Part shown: positions 9,759 to 20,337 of the stretch, piece by piece | Numbering within the stretch: the stretch's first letter is position 1 | Layout of the letters: each line of letters starts with the position of its first letter | DNA from: a virus | Direction: 5' to 3' (one strand) | Virus record (IMG/VR): IMGVR_UViG_3300034166_000560 | Length of the DNA: 64,000 nt | The notes under the pieces: generated by a model | Told to the model about the DNA's origin: nothing | Databases searched by the model: none | What the model saw: the letters and a program-made list of their open reading frames with translations, nothing else | Program-made: the position numbers and the translations under genes

Positions 9759-11585
9759 TTATTCGTTTGGAAAATTGTCAATTAGATTGACACCATTCTC
9801 AGTAAGAACATTGATGAGATCGTTTCTGTATTCTTCTAGCTTTGCTTTATCAGAGCCAGACAATGAACAATTGTAACCGTCTGCAAGCTGCGAATCTGGA
9901 ATTACTCTGATTCCACCAGTGTTCTCTGTATTAGTGAAATTGTTAGACAATGGATTCTTAGGATTCAACGGAACAGAAGTGTAATTGGTATAAATGATAC
10001 GGAATCCATAAGAGTTTTCGCTATAAGTTACGACTGGCGTAATATATTCAATTGCAGATAGCTTAATAAGACCCTTTGCAACAGGAATTCTATAATATTT
10101 CTCAGCCATTTTAATCTCCTTGTATTGGCAGAACAATTATGGTGTATTTATTAGAACTCTTGAATTACCATTTTCTTGTCAACGCAGGTATATAGATGAC
10201 CCGTGTTATTCTTACCGTAGGAATAAGTTCTATCGAGATAGACGCCACCAGCCTCTGCGCAGCGAATAGACTCTTGACTTACCTGTTCTTGACGACCACT
10301 ATCGAGATAGATAGCAATTCCAATGAACACAATCAATCCAAATAATAAGCTGCCGACCATTAGACTTTCAGCTTTCGGTGTCATTAGTATTTCTCCAGAG
10401 CGTCGAGCAGCAGCTTCGCCATATCAACTGATATTGCTACCTGCTCATATGTTCTATTTCTACTGACTATATCATCCAGCTTATCACGGAGATAATCAAT
10501 ACTACGGAGATAGGTATCGTCGAGATGCGCCGCTCGTTGCGCCTCTTCAAACCACTGTTTCTCTTGCGTCATTATTCGTGCACCTCAAAGATATGCCAGA
10601 CCAGCTGAGTAAGATGTCCAGTCTGGACTGTCTTAACATATTCATAATGCTTCTTATCGTAGTCTACCATCTCGAAGCCAGTACCAAATACATGGAATAC
10701 ATACTTACGCTTCTCTTTCTTAGGATTAACAATCGCCCAGATCATAGGCATTCCGCCCTGATTCTGAATATCGAGGATCTTTGCGCCCCTCGGCATTTCA
10801 ATCTCATAAATGGCGTTGTGATGGATATCTACGCCCAGCGGATATTTGTATATCATTTTCATTTTGTAACCTTCCTACATTCCATTTCTGTAAAGTTAGG
10901 CAGATGCACCCACTCGTAACCAGCAGAGATACAATCCTTCTGTCTCATCGTAAACAGATAGTTGGAATATGATGTTGATGCCGCAATTGCGATCGCAGCA
11001 ATAAGAAAACATCCAATAAAAATCAAAAACCCTTTGCCTTCGTCGCTCATCGTTTTACTTCCATTACCGATAGTTGGTGTTTAATGGCGCTGGAATTTAC
11101 AAAGAATTCCGCCCAATAAGTATTATCAAACACTGCGATAACAACCTTATGACTACCCCAAGGGCTATAAACTACAGCATATAGTTTAGACTTCTTACCC
11201 TTTTCCCAGGTAACGTCGAATGATTCTTCTTTAACCTTTAAGAGTTTCATTTCTTTGTCTCATATACAATGATAGTCTTTTCCACAGGAATTACCTCTGG
11301 ACATTCTATTTCGTCAGGCTCATATTCATATGGGTCTTCGTCTTGATATTCAGTAGCACCTGTGCTATAGGAAGTTTTATATAACTTATCCTCAAACTTG
11401 AAGATCATACTATATTTAAGTGACCATCTAGTATGACCAGTCATTTTTTGTTCAATGACTTCAAAGCCATCAACATAACATTCATATGCTAATTCTTGTA
11501 GGAGTTCTTTCTTGAATTTCATTATGGTTTCTCCACTACTACATAATTGGCGTTGATACGTTGATTTTGCAATGAATCTTTCCAT
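9759..11585 (-). CDS. run of small hypothetical proteins (9759-10109, 10151-10384, 10384-10572, 10572-10862, 10859-11050, 11047-11250, 11247-11522)
   Basis: Translationally coupled ORFs; two have N-terminal TM helices. Confidence 0.6.
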
Positions 11586-11691
11586 TGCCGACCTGCAACA
11601 TTCGCTGCATTCTTATCAACGAAATCAATAGAGTGTATTGCGAGGCCACCATCTACATGGGTTGACTGTATTGTCATAATTAGAACATAAA

Positions 11692-12072
11692 TCATGCCGC
11701 TTCCTCTACTTCTCTAACATGAGAACAACTACGCCTATAGCCAAAACCAGTACAGTTGCAAGCGAGGCTCCCATCATCGCAAAGAGTGACAGTGTAGGAT
11801 TTGTCACCCCGAGGGATACTGACCATTGTATTGCTGTTATCAGCAGAGATACCGCCAACGCCCAACCAGCCACAAATAATACTATCCTTGTGAAGTATAC
11901 GAAATGGAGCATCTTTATCACCAGTTGTTAGAACAAACCAATTGTCGTCCAGCCATGGGAACCGAGGGACGATATCGCCAGTATAGTCATTATATTCAGG
12001 GATAACGCAGCTAGTAGCGTAACGATGTCGAACATCATAACGAGGATCCTTCATACGAACCGTGAGGCGCAT
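11692..12072 (-). CDS. SWIM zinc-finger protein
   Basis: C-terminal CNC...CSH. Confidence 0.7.
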   Translation of the reverse strand: MRLTVRMKDPRYDVRHRYATSCVIPEYNDYTGDIVPRFPWLDDNWFVLTTGDKDAPFRILHKDSIICGWLGVGGISADNSNTMVSIPRGDKSYTVTLCDDGSLACNCTGFGYRRSCSHVREVEEAA

Positions 12073-12371
12073 AACAATCTCCTAAAGGGGAGCGAACTTG
12101 TATATCTTACCCTCTTTGGTGTATATTGTCAAGCCAGAAATGTAGTGGCAAGATTTCTGCGGAGGGATTGCCCAGTGATATCCCTCAGGTATAATACGGT
12201 AGAGAGTGTAGTCTGCACACTCTCCACCATTCTCTACGATACGAGTAATCGTCATTGTCTTATTGGCGTTGCAGTGGATCTGCCCGTCTGTATGTTTCTT
12301 AGCACACTCGATATCTTCTTTGCCGTAGGCTATTGACGGCAGAAGCAATAGAGCGTATACTAATCGTTTCA

Positions 12372-12812
12372 TCAGAAGTCTCCTGGCGCTACTTGGAAGC
12401 AGCGGAGTCCAGCGGCTCTCCACATCTTAACCACTCGATCACGATCGTCAAATACTAGCACAGGCTCGTATCCCATTTCATAGATCTGCTCGAGCAATTC
12501 GAACTTTACGATATCGTCATCACGACGATCTCCCAGCTTACGCATAAAGAGAGCGTTGTATGGAATATCGTGTTCGTGTAGCCATTCGAGCGTATCCTCT
12601 CGACACTTTTCGTCACGACCAGTGCAGAGAACAATCTTAATACCAGCGGCGGCAGCGAGATCGAGGATCTCTACCATCTGCTCGATTGGCTCGTCCTTAT
12701 GCGCATTGGCGTGCCATTTATCCCAGTCTTTATGACCATTAGTGATGTAATGAATACGATGCTCGTTGTTGGCAATCGTTCCATCAATATCCACGATATA
12801 ACACTTCATCAT
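12372..12812 (-). CDS. HAD phosphatase (PseT/Pnkp 3'-phosphatase-like)
   Basis: DIDGT, TGR, K and FDDR motifs. Confidence 0.85.
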   Translation of the reverse strand: MMKCYIVDIDGTIANNEHRIHYITNGHKDWDKWHANAHKDEPIEQMVEILDLAAAAGIKIVLCTGRDEKCREDTLEWLHEHDIPYNALFMRKLGDRRDDDIVKFELLEQIYEMGYEPVLVFDDRDRVVKMWRAAGLRCFQVAPGDF

Positions 12813-12820
12813 TTCACCTC

Positions 12821-13504
12821 TTATGACATAAACTCTTCGAACAGATTTACTACATCTTCAATCGTTTGGATATAGATAGCGAACTTCTGTTCCTTGCCGT
12901 CGTCGTGGACTTTCGAGTAACCATTCTTCTTCAGCCACTCTCGCATTGTAGCCTTCTGCGTGTTCAACTCGTCACCATAGGCATTGATCTCGAATGTAAC
13001 CTTGATAGGATCGTCAGAGTCTGGGTTCCACCACCACATCATATACATTTTGTTTCGTGCAATGGACAGGAAGAATGCAGTCGTTGCATTCAGCTTAACC
13101 TCACGAAGTCGACCACGGAATGTGCTATAATTATCGAGATACCACGACGGGAAAGATTCAAACATATCATACTGTTCGCTCTTGAAGCTAGAGAACATTG
13201 ACGATAGCGAAGCCATAACAAAACATTCCTTATAGTGACCAGAGACAGTATTGCCATCTGGAGATTGGGTGGCAATCAGATATGATTCCAACAGAAAGGA
13301 TTGCCAGTCTTTCTTGTTTTCAAACTTTTCAAGATTTCTTGCGACGATGTAACACTCTTCTGGGTTCAAACCCTTTTCAATCACGTGAGCGTAACAACGG
13401 TCTCCATTACCCTTGCCAGTGTAATATGGTTTACCCTCTGAATCAATATACTGATATACATATTGACCTAGAGTCGCAAAGAATTCTTGCGTGGGCTTTT
13501 CCAT
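12821..13504 (-). CDS. LEM-3-like GIY-YIG domain protein
   Basis: YVYQY...YYTGKG...R...H, E..LI. Confidence 0.6.
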   Translation of the reverse strand: MEKPTQEFFATLGQYVYQYIDSEGKPYYTGKGNGDRCYAHVIEKGLNPEECYIVARNLEKFENKKDWQSFLLESYLIATQSPDGNTVSGHYKECFVMASLSSMFSSFKSEQYDMFESFPSWYLDNYSTFRGRLREVKLNATTAFFLSIARNKMYMMWWWNPDSDDPIKVTFEINAYGDELNTQKATMREWLKKNGYSKVHDDGKEQKFAIYIQTIEDVVNLFEEFMS

Positions 13505-13625
13505 TTGTTCCTCTTCGGACGTCTATTCTTATTAACTCTACGGATATAGAATGACCACGACCCTACGAAAAACTCATCATAGGGTCGTAGCCACGTATCC
13601 CTTCTGTACACATAGATTATACCAT

Positions 13626-14447
13626 TTATCTGCAGCATGTAACCTTCGCAACAGTTTGCCAATTGGCGTTAGTCTTACGGATAGAGGCAATTTTAAGAGC
13701 CATACGCAGCGACAACTCACGGAGATTTTCGCTATACGCCTCGATGAACGTAAGAACATCCACCTGCTCGTCGAGATCGAGATCAGAGAGCAATCCCTGA
13801 GCAACTACCTGACGAATACGCACCAGATAGTCACGACGGCTCTTCATCGCCAGATCCAGGTAATGAGCACGAGACACCATCGCCTGCAAATGCGGAGCCA
13901 GTTTATGGCCACGATCGATCATAGCGTCGAAGTCGTAGTTCGAGATAAACACGATTGTACCCTCGAACACAAACGAGCGAGGAACAAGTTCGCCAGTCTC
14001 TTCTTCGAGCAGCCGACCCTCGGAAAGCCAAGACACGACACGACGCTCAGTCGTATCGCAAACCGCCTTCAGAAGATTGAGAGACACGTCGTCAAAGAAA
14101 ATGGCATCGGCGTCATCGAATACGAGAACCTGACCAGCCTCACGATAGGCGTAGAGCAGCTTGACGAGACCAGTCGCACGGACGTATCCCTTCGTAATAG
14201 CGTAGTTGTTACCCGAAGGATCCCACGCCTCGAGTTTCTTCTCGACAGTATAGGATTTACCGAGTCCAGCCGGACCACTGACGATAAGCGCACGGGAGTT
14301 ACCAGCGATACAGCTGTCAGTCAATGCCTCGAGGATATCGAACCGTTCACTAATACGCTGTTCGATCTCGTCGTCTGTCTCGGCGACAGCGGCCAGAGCG
14401 GCAATAGCGTCAACATTATCTTTATGGGCACGAACACCACGAGGCAT
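13626..14447 (-). CDS. AAA-family ATPase
   Basis: Walker A GPAGLGKS, Walker B VLVFDD; own promoter at 14473-14501. Confidence 0.85.
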   Translation of the reverse strand: MPRGVRAHKDNVDAIAALAAVAETDDEIEQRISERFDILEALTDSCIAGNSRALIVSGPAGLGKSYTVEKKLEAWDPSGNNYAITKGYVRATGLVKLLYAYREAGQVLVFDDADAIFFDDVSLNLLKAVCDTTERRVVSWLSEGRLLEEETGELVPRSFVFEGTIVFISNYDFDAMIDRGHKLAPHLQAMVSRAHYLDLAMKSRRDYLVRIRQVVAQGLLSDLDLDEQVDVLTFIEAYSENLRELSLRMALKIASIRKTNANWQTVAKVTCCR

Positions 14448-14493
14448 GACTATCTCCTTCAAGCTATAAGATATTATACCCTAGATACGGATA

Positions 14494-15452
14494 CTAGTCA
14501 ACATCTTCCTCTTCCGGAGTCTCTACACCGAAGAACCGATCGATATGTTCTGCGATCCGACTCGACTCTCGAGAATAGAATACGAAGTCGCCCATCTCCT
14601 GTCGATGATCCTTGTCTACGTATTCGAAGCCACCGTAGTATTCGATCGTTCCTGCACGGAACTTATCTACGGCGATATACTCCTGATTGATATAGATAGG
14701 GCCACAGCGACTGTCGAGTCCTACGTTGTCTCGCCCTGAGTATATCAGTTCGAAATGATCCTGAATATGGTTCTCGATCTTACGATTGATCTCGTAGAGA
14801 AAGTCTCCCGTTTCGCACCAATCAGTATTCATTGTCAAGTTCCTCTCCTGAAGCAACAATACGGATACGATCAGCCCAAATAAGAGCCTCTCCGACTCGC
14901 TCGAGCATGTTGTTGTCTAGGTTATGACCACCCTCTTTGAGATATTCCCAGATAAGAGTGGATACTTCTCGAGCCTCTTCTCGAGTGATTGACCATTCCT
15001 CTTTCATCAGATAGTCGCCTCTGTTAGATCTAGAGAATGAATATGCACCATCTCGAATTTAGTAGGATTTAACATTTGATAAAGATACCTATGATCGAAT
15101 GCTTCCATATGGGAGTTGTAATATCCCAAGATTTTTGTTTGCATATCTTCATAGATACCAACGAGAACCCAGATTTTCATTATGCCCTCCGGAGCAGCGA
15201 GCCAGAAACCTTCCACTGGGAAGTAGACGTATTGACCGTAACAGTCTTCTGATTAATACGAGCCACAGTACCCGTGATAGTCTCGCCAGAGCGAGTCTCG
15301 AACTTAACCTTATCGCCCTTCGCAAAGAGAATAGTCGCACGACGCTGCATCTCCTTGAATTTAATAGAGACAGCCTGGGACATAGAGCGGATCTCCTCCG
15401 GAGAGAAAGAACCAGAGAGAATAGCGGCATTAATCTGGGAAGCAGTCTTCAT
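14494..15452 (-). CDS. small hypothetical proteins (14494-14832, 14822-15007, 15007-15180, 15180-15452)
   Basis: Coupled ORFs behind the promoter at 15480-15508. Confidence 0.6.
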
Positions 15453-15504
15453 TTCAATCTCCTCATCAACCATAGACATAGTATAGCCTGATCTTTTAAA
15501 AAAG

Positions 15505-16149
15505 TCAAGCAGCCTTTTTCATTCGACGGATCTTGGCCATCATGCGAGATCCGTGAGCAGGATAGGCAACGACAGACACAGTCTTATCCCAGCAAGCACG
15601 GCACTCGCCACACTTACCGCCACGGGAATAGGCTCCACAGACCGTAGCAGTCGTCTCATCCTCGGCGTAGGAAATAACCGTAGCGCCGTGATCTTCCGTA
15701 TACTCGCCAGTGATAGACGGCGAGGAATAGCGGACAGAGGCATTCTCGAGAGCCTTCATACGCTCAAGAACTGCACGGATTTTCGGGATATTGTAGGATT
15801 TGGTGGGAAGCCAATGTTTGACGTGCGGAGTCTTCTGCATAACCAGAAAGATCTTAAACGCCAGAGCAGGATGATAGACGTCTCCCGAGTCAAACCAGCG
15901 GAAATACTTCTGCTTCTTCAGAGCCTCGACCATCTCGTCGACCCATTCGGCTCGTTTCCAATCCTCACGGTTGGCATCACGGACTCGCTTGGAGTTCGGC
16001 ATATTATACATGCCATCTTTAGCATAGCAGCCAGCACAGACCGGAAGCGGCTGTTTCGAAACGGGATCAATGGATCCAGGACAGGTATTACCCGCTTGGA
16101 GAGACCAGGATTTAGCAGGCATCTTAGAGGCTTTAGACAGGGTGACCAT
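15505..16149 (-). CDS. GP88-like Cys-rich phage protein
   Basis: SKMP..SWSL....CPG..C..CYA, FRWFDSGD, CGECRACW. Confidence 0.75.
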   Translation of the reverse strand: MVTLSKASKMPAKSWSLQAGNTCPGSIDPVSKQPLPVCAGCYAKDGMYNMPNSKRVRDANREDWKRAEWVDEMVEALKKQKYFRWFDSGDVYHPALAFKIFLVMQKTPHVKHWLPTKSYNIPKIRAVLERMKALENASVRYSSPSITGEYTEDHGATVISYAEDETTATVCGAYSRGGKCGECRACWDKTVSVVAYPAHGSRMMAKIRRMKKAA

Positions 16150-16208
16150 TTCAATCTCCTCATCAAGTATACGTATAGTATACCCCGGATCTTTTAAAAA
16201 GTCAACAC

Positions 16209-16832
16209 CTATCTTATATCTAGAGCTAGACTGTTCAGGAAGGAGATTACATCATTAAAATTATATTCCTCGGCTAGAGTCCATCGTATTCTTTCTCTCG
16301 GTGTATCGATTCCTTCTAATACGTAAATGATAGACTTTCCCATGTTGTTATTTGAAAGGTATTCTGCAACCATTCTGGGAGTATTCTCGTCTCTGCAGAG
16401 GGATATTATTTTTGTTCCTGGTATTAAATGTGTTACAAACACATCAAATGGTCTGTCGTATAACGATAACAGTTTACAATCCTGCTGTTGCCATTTCATT
16501 CTAGAAGCAACAAGAGAGAATGCAGATGGTGCTGGAATAGAATATATTTCTTGTGAATTATAACGATCTAAGATTATTTTACCTATTCCATAGAAAAATG
16601 GATCGCCTTGCGTTAACAAGACTGTTTGTTTGCCTCTCCATTTGTCTATTTCTTCGAATACTGCCACTTTACGTTCTGGAAAATATATCTTTTGTCCATT
16701 TATTTCAACTTGATCTAAATGAAATTTAGTTCCTGCGACAGCTTCTGCATGTTTGATTACGTTTTTAGCACGAGTGGATAAATCGTCTACTCCAGCACCA
16801 CCTACACCAATAATTGTAAGCCATGGTTTCAT
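16209..16832 (-). CDS. cbiE: precorrin-6Y methyltransferase CbiE/CobL N-terminal-domain homolog
   Basis: WLTIIGVG..G, GDPFFYGIG, IPAPSAFSL..SR..W, VLE...ERI; tetrapyrrole-methylase fold. Confidence 0.75.
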   Translation of the reverse strand: MKPWLTIIGVGGAGVDDLSTRAKNVIKHAEAVAGTKFHLDQVEINGQKIYFPERKVAVFEEIDKWRGKQTVLLTQGDPFFYGIGKIILDRYNSQEIYSIPAPSAFSLVASRMKWQQQDCKLLSLYDRPFDVFVTHLIPGTKIISLCRDENTPRMVAEYLSNNNMGKSIIYVLEGIDTPRERIRWTLAEEYNFNDVISFLNSLALDIR

Positions 16833-18208
16833 TATATCACCAAACTCTTAAATGGTATTTTCTTTTTAGATCCACCCCAATCGATATTATCTAAAAGTTC
16901 TATTTCTATATTAAACGTGTTTTTACCTACCTGATCATAAACAACACCAGCCCATTGTTTTACTTCTTCTTCTGAAATGGAATTAATGCCACCAATCTGT
17001 ATTCTAATGGTATTCAGATCAGTTTGAATGAATCTGTATTCTTTGTAATTTGAAATGAATGTATGATTCTTTACTTGTACCAAAAATGGCCAAATAGATC
17101 CATCTGGTTTTCTAACTAAATTTTTAGTTCTACCGTGTAGATTACGAATTGTTGGTCCATCATGACCGCATGGACATTTATGCAATAATTCTCCTATGTC
17201 TCCAATATCATAACGAATAAATGGAGTAGCATGAGAACTCATTTTTGTAATTAATAGTCGTCCAAGTTTAGAATCGCCCATTTGCAAATCGTCTTCTGGT
17301 ATAGATTCTACAATAACATTAGACATAGAAACATGATAATGATCCGGACATTCATTACACTCATATCCAATCAATCCAATTTCTTCTGAAGAATAATTTC
17401 CAGTAATTCTAACTCCTAGGTCTCTACATTCTTTCTTAGCCTCGTCGCTTGCTGTTCCGCCAATTGGCGTCCAAGCATTTAATCCATCCTTTACCATGTC
17501 TTCGATAGGATAAACTTGAGTTCTTAGAGTATCCATCATATATGGATTGACAATGAGATAACCTATTTTCTCAGAACCAATACATTCACGGAATTTCTTT
17601 AGATCTGGATTAGAATAAGAAATAATTCGTCTTGGTCCAGTAGAAATGAAACCATATTTTGTAGCCACTTCTGCGTATTTTACAGAAAACCCTGGATCCT
17701 CCATATATGAAGCAGCATGCAATCTGGTTGAATTATTTTTCAAATCAAAATCGCCGATAATGTATCGGGCAAATATTCTATATTGATTTAATTTTTCATT
17801 AGCTTTTGCGTAATAAAATTTAATCGGTACACCAGAAGACCCAGATGTATGATGTGTGAATATGCCTTCTTCTGGAGGCAATAAACATCCATCTTTTGAT
17901 ACTTGTTCTTTTACATCTTGTCTTGTTTGAATGGGTAATTGTTTTAAATCTTCCAGAGAATTCAGTTCAACATTTGTTAATCTGTTTTTCCAGAATGGAG
18001 ATTTCTCTGCCGCATGTTTTAACAAATGGTTCAATTGACATAATTGCCAAGTTTCGGTAGCCTTACGAGATCCAGTTTCTAGTAATATAACTTCGCATAT
18101 CTTAGAAAAGAAATCTGTATGATCTTTATCTAAAAATCTCAAAGCATCTTTTTCTTTATTAAAGCAATTATCCATGATATTAAAATTACTAAAATCTATC
18201 TTCATCAT
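16832..18208 (-). CDS. phenylacetate-CoA ligase-like (PaaK/CapK) adenylating enzyme
   Basis: TSGSSG P-loop, YSSEEIG, IRY.IGD, GR; start moved to the ATG following the GGAG. Confidence 0.8.
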   Translation of the reverse strand: MMKIDFSNFNIMDNCFNKEKDALRFLDKDHTDFFSKICEVILLETGSRKATETWQLCQLNHLLKHAAEKSPFWKNRLTNVELNSLEDLKQLPIQTRQDVKEQVSKDGCLLPPEEGIFTHHTSGSSGVPIKFYYAKANEKLNQYRIFARYIIGDFDLKNNSTRLHAASYMEDPGFSVKYAEVATKYGFISTGPRRIISYSNPDLKKFRECIGSEKIGYLIVNPYMMDTLRTQVYPIEDMVKDGLNAWTPIGGTASDEAKKECRDLGVRITGNYSSEEIGLIGYECNECPDHYHVSMSNVIVESIPEDDLQMGDSKLGRLLITKMSSHATPFIRYDIGDIGELLHKCPCGHDGPTIRNLHGRTKNLVRKPDGSIWPFLVQVKNHTFISNYKEYRFIQTDLNTIRIQIGGINSISEEEVKQWAGVVYDQVGKNTFNIEIELLDNIDWGGSKKKIPFKSLVI

Positions 18209-18258
18209 ACACTCCATTTTGTCTCTATTATATATACATCTTCGGTAAAAATCAAGTG

Positions 18259-18286
18259 TTGTCTTTTTCGAAAGATACGGTATAAT
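18259..18286 (+). promoter_or_regulatory. sigma70-type promoter at the strand switch
   Basis: TTGTCT-N16-TATAAT. Confidence 0.7.
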
Positions 18287-18314
18287 CATCATTGTGAATA
18301 TGAAAGAGGAATAG

Positions 18315-18428
18315 ATGTCTAAGATAAATCCAATCGCTCTTGAGCTCCGCTCGAGCAAATATAAACAGCGTATTGTTCGCAACAAGAAGAAATATGACCG
18401 TAAACGAATTATCCGGGAGAAATACTAA
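18315..18428 (+). CDS. 37-aa basic protein, ArfA-like (not in the ORF track)
   Basis: GAGGA RBS; MSKINPIALELRSSKYKQRIVRNKKKYDRK... Confidence 0.55.
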   Translation: MSKINPIALELRSSKYKQRIVRNKKKYDRKRIIREKY

Positions 18429-18563
18429 TGTTCGGTTGGAATATTAGGATCGCTAGCCAACTAAAATATTGGGCTGTCCTTAAAAAGAGAAAAAGGGGGA
18501 TGATTACTGGTCGTCCCTATATGCTTTATAAGTTTGGTCCTATAATTATCACGAGGTGGATAG

Positions 18564-19842
18564 ATGAAAATACATAATGAATCTACGTTTCTCAAGCCAG
18601 ACGGTATCGCCAAGGTAGAGAACATGTATAATGCCAAATACGTATTCGAGACATGTCTTAAGACTCGAACTGGTGGTTGGTCGGAGTTTCCTGTAGCGAT
18701 CTTCTATACAGAGGAAGCGCATCCGGAAGGTTCGAACTATATGGGATTATATCGTAACGATTTTGGACAGTTTACCGTCTGTAATGGTATCTCTGCTCTC
18801 GAAGAATTTACTGGTTTACAAATCGGCGAAGATATAGTATACTCTCGTTATCGTCATGATTACCGTGTCTTAGACGAAGAGAACGATGGCTTCATCGACG
18901 GTGGTCGGGATTATACCAGATGCAATCCTAATGTCGGTAAGCTAGTAACGTTGAAGGTTGTTAAGGATCATTTGGAGGTGGTAGAAAATGCTGCTTAGTC
19001 AGAGCCCAGAGTTCTTCTATTTGTTCTTGCTCCCATTGGGTATATTGGTATGGGGCGCTGTGATTTGGATCCTCTCAATGTTCGTTTATCTAATAAAGGA
19101 TAATCTCCGTGACCGATGACCTTGTAAAACGAATATTGGAACAAGCCAATGCAGAGGGTGATATTGTCTGTGGTGATGATGGTTATTATGTATATTGGCC
19201 TCGGCGCACAGGAGCCTATCCTTCCTATCATCTGCGAGCCCTTGCTGATGAATTAGATCGGCGCAATGAGGTCTGGGATAAAGAGTTGGATGAGTATTTT
19301 GATAACCTTGCCAAGAAACAGGAACCTCTAGGTGAGGATGATATGGATAAGACCATTGAAGACATCCTGGCTGAAGAAATACAGGCAGAAATAGATCGTG
19401 AGATACTTGAAACTGTTAAAATGACCTGCGATGGTTGGGTGTCAGTAGATTATCCAGATGGTATTGGCTTTATAGAACATTGTGGAATTAAGGATTGGGT
19501 AGAAGAAAACATTAAAGGTCCAAATAAACTAATTCATACTAAATGGTGGTTTAAGGATCCAAAAGATAAAGTATTATTCTTGTTGAGGTGGGGAGTTTGA
19601 AAAAGTCCTGTATAATAACCTTGATGACCTATATGTGAGGGATGATGACTGAATTTCTAACAAAGAATGCAGATGTTGCATTGGTAGAAGTAAAAGAGAA
19701 GCTGTATGAACGACTGCGTAATAGAACCAATTACGCTGCACAGGATCCATTGAAGGATCCATATTACAAAGGACTACAAAAAGGTGCATTGTCCGAAGTA
19801 GAGTTTCTGAAGGGACTGTTGGATATTATCGAGAGGTCATAA
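18564..19842 (+). CDS. hypothetical proteins (18564-18998, 19109-19600, 19642-19842)
   Basis: Consecutive plus-strand ORFs. Confidence 0.6.
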
Positions 19843-20001
19843 TGATTACTGACGAACTACGCCAGATTGCATACAATGAAGGTTGTCAGGCTTTCGCTGA
19901 TGATGTAAATCTTATGGATAATCCATATAATGGTGTTTCACATACTCTCAAAGTATTTTGGAGCCATGGTTGGTGGGCTATGTTTTACGACGAGAACTAA
20001 G

Positions 20002-20337
20002 ATGAAATATAAACTCTATCTGGATGACCTGCGTTATCCTGACCTGCATCCCGATTGGAGGATTGCTCGTAACTACCATGATGCTGTGTGGATGGTTACG
20101 AACTATGGACTGCCATATTATATCTCCTTTGATCATGATCTGAACGATTTTGCTGACTTCTATACTCATCGAATGGAGTTCACTGGCTATGACTTTGCCA
20201 AATGGTTCTGTAATTGGGTGATGGATAATGATGTATGTCTGAATGATTTTGATTACTGGGTTCACTCTGCTAACCCTGTCGGTGCAGAGAACATCCGCCG
20301 CTATATGGCAAACTTCATAAAGGATCGTTATGTCTAA
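20002..20337 (+). CDS. cyclic-phosphate-processing receiver-domain protein
   Basis: YLDD.R, ISFDHDL, TGYD, VHSANPVG. Confidence 0.75.
   Translation: MKYKLYLDDLRYPDLHPDWRIARNYHDAVWMVTNYGLPYYISFDHDLNDFADFYTHRMEFTGYDFAKWFCNWVMDNDVCLNDFDYWVHSANPVGAENIRRYMANFIKDRYV

Noticed and set aside
13551-14690. 379-aa plus-strand ORF (likewise 15553-16197)
   Set aside because: Antisense shadows of the GC-rich ATPase and GP88-like genes; no motifs
12300-15800. apparent TCGA enrichment
   Set aside because: Plausibly explained by GC-rich CTC/ATC-GAN codon pairs; not quantified
18209-18385. N-terminal extension of the ligase-like ORF
   Set aside because: Overlaps a divergent promoter and gene; the RBS supports a start near 18208
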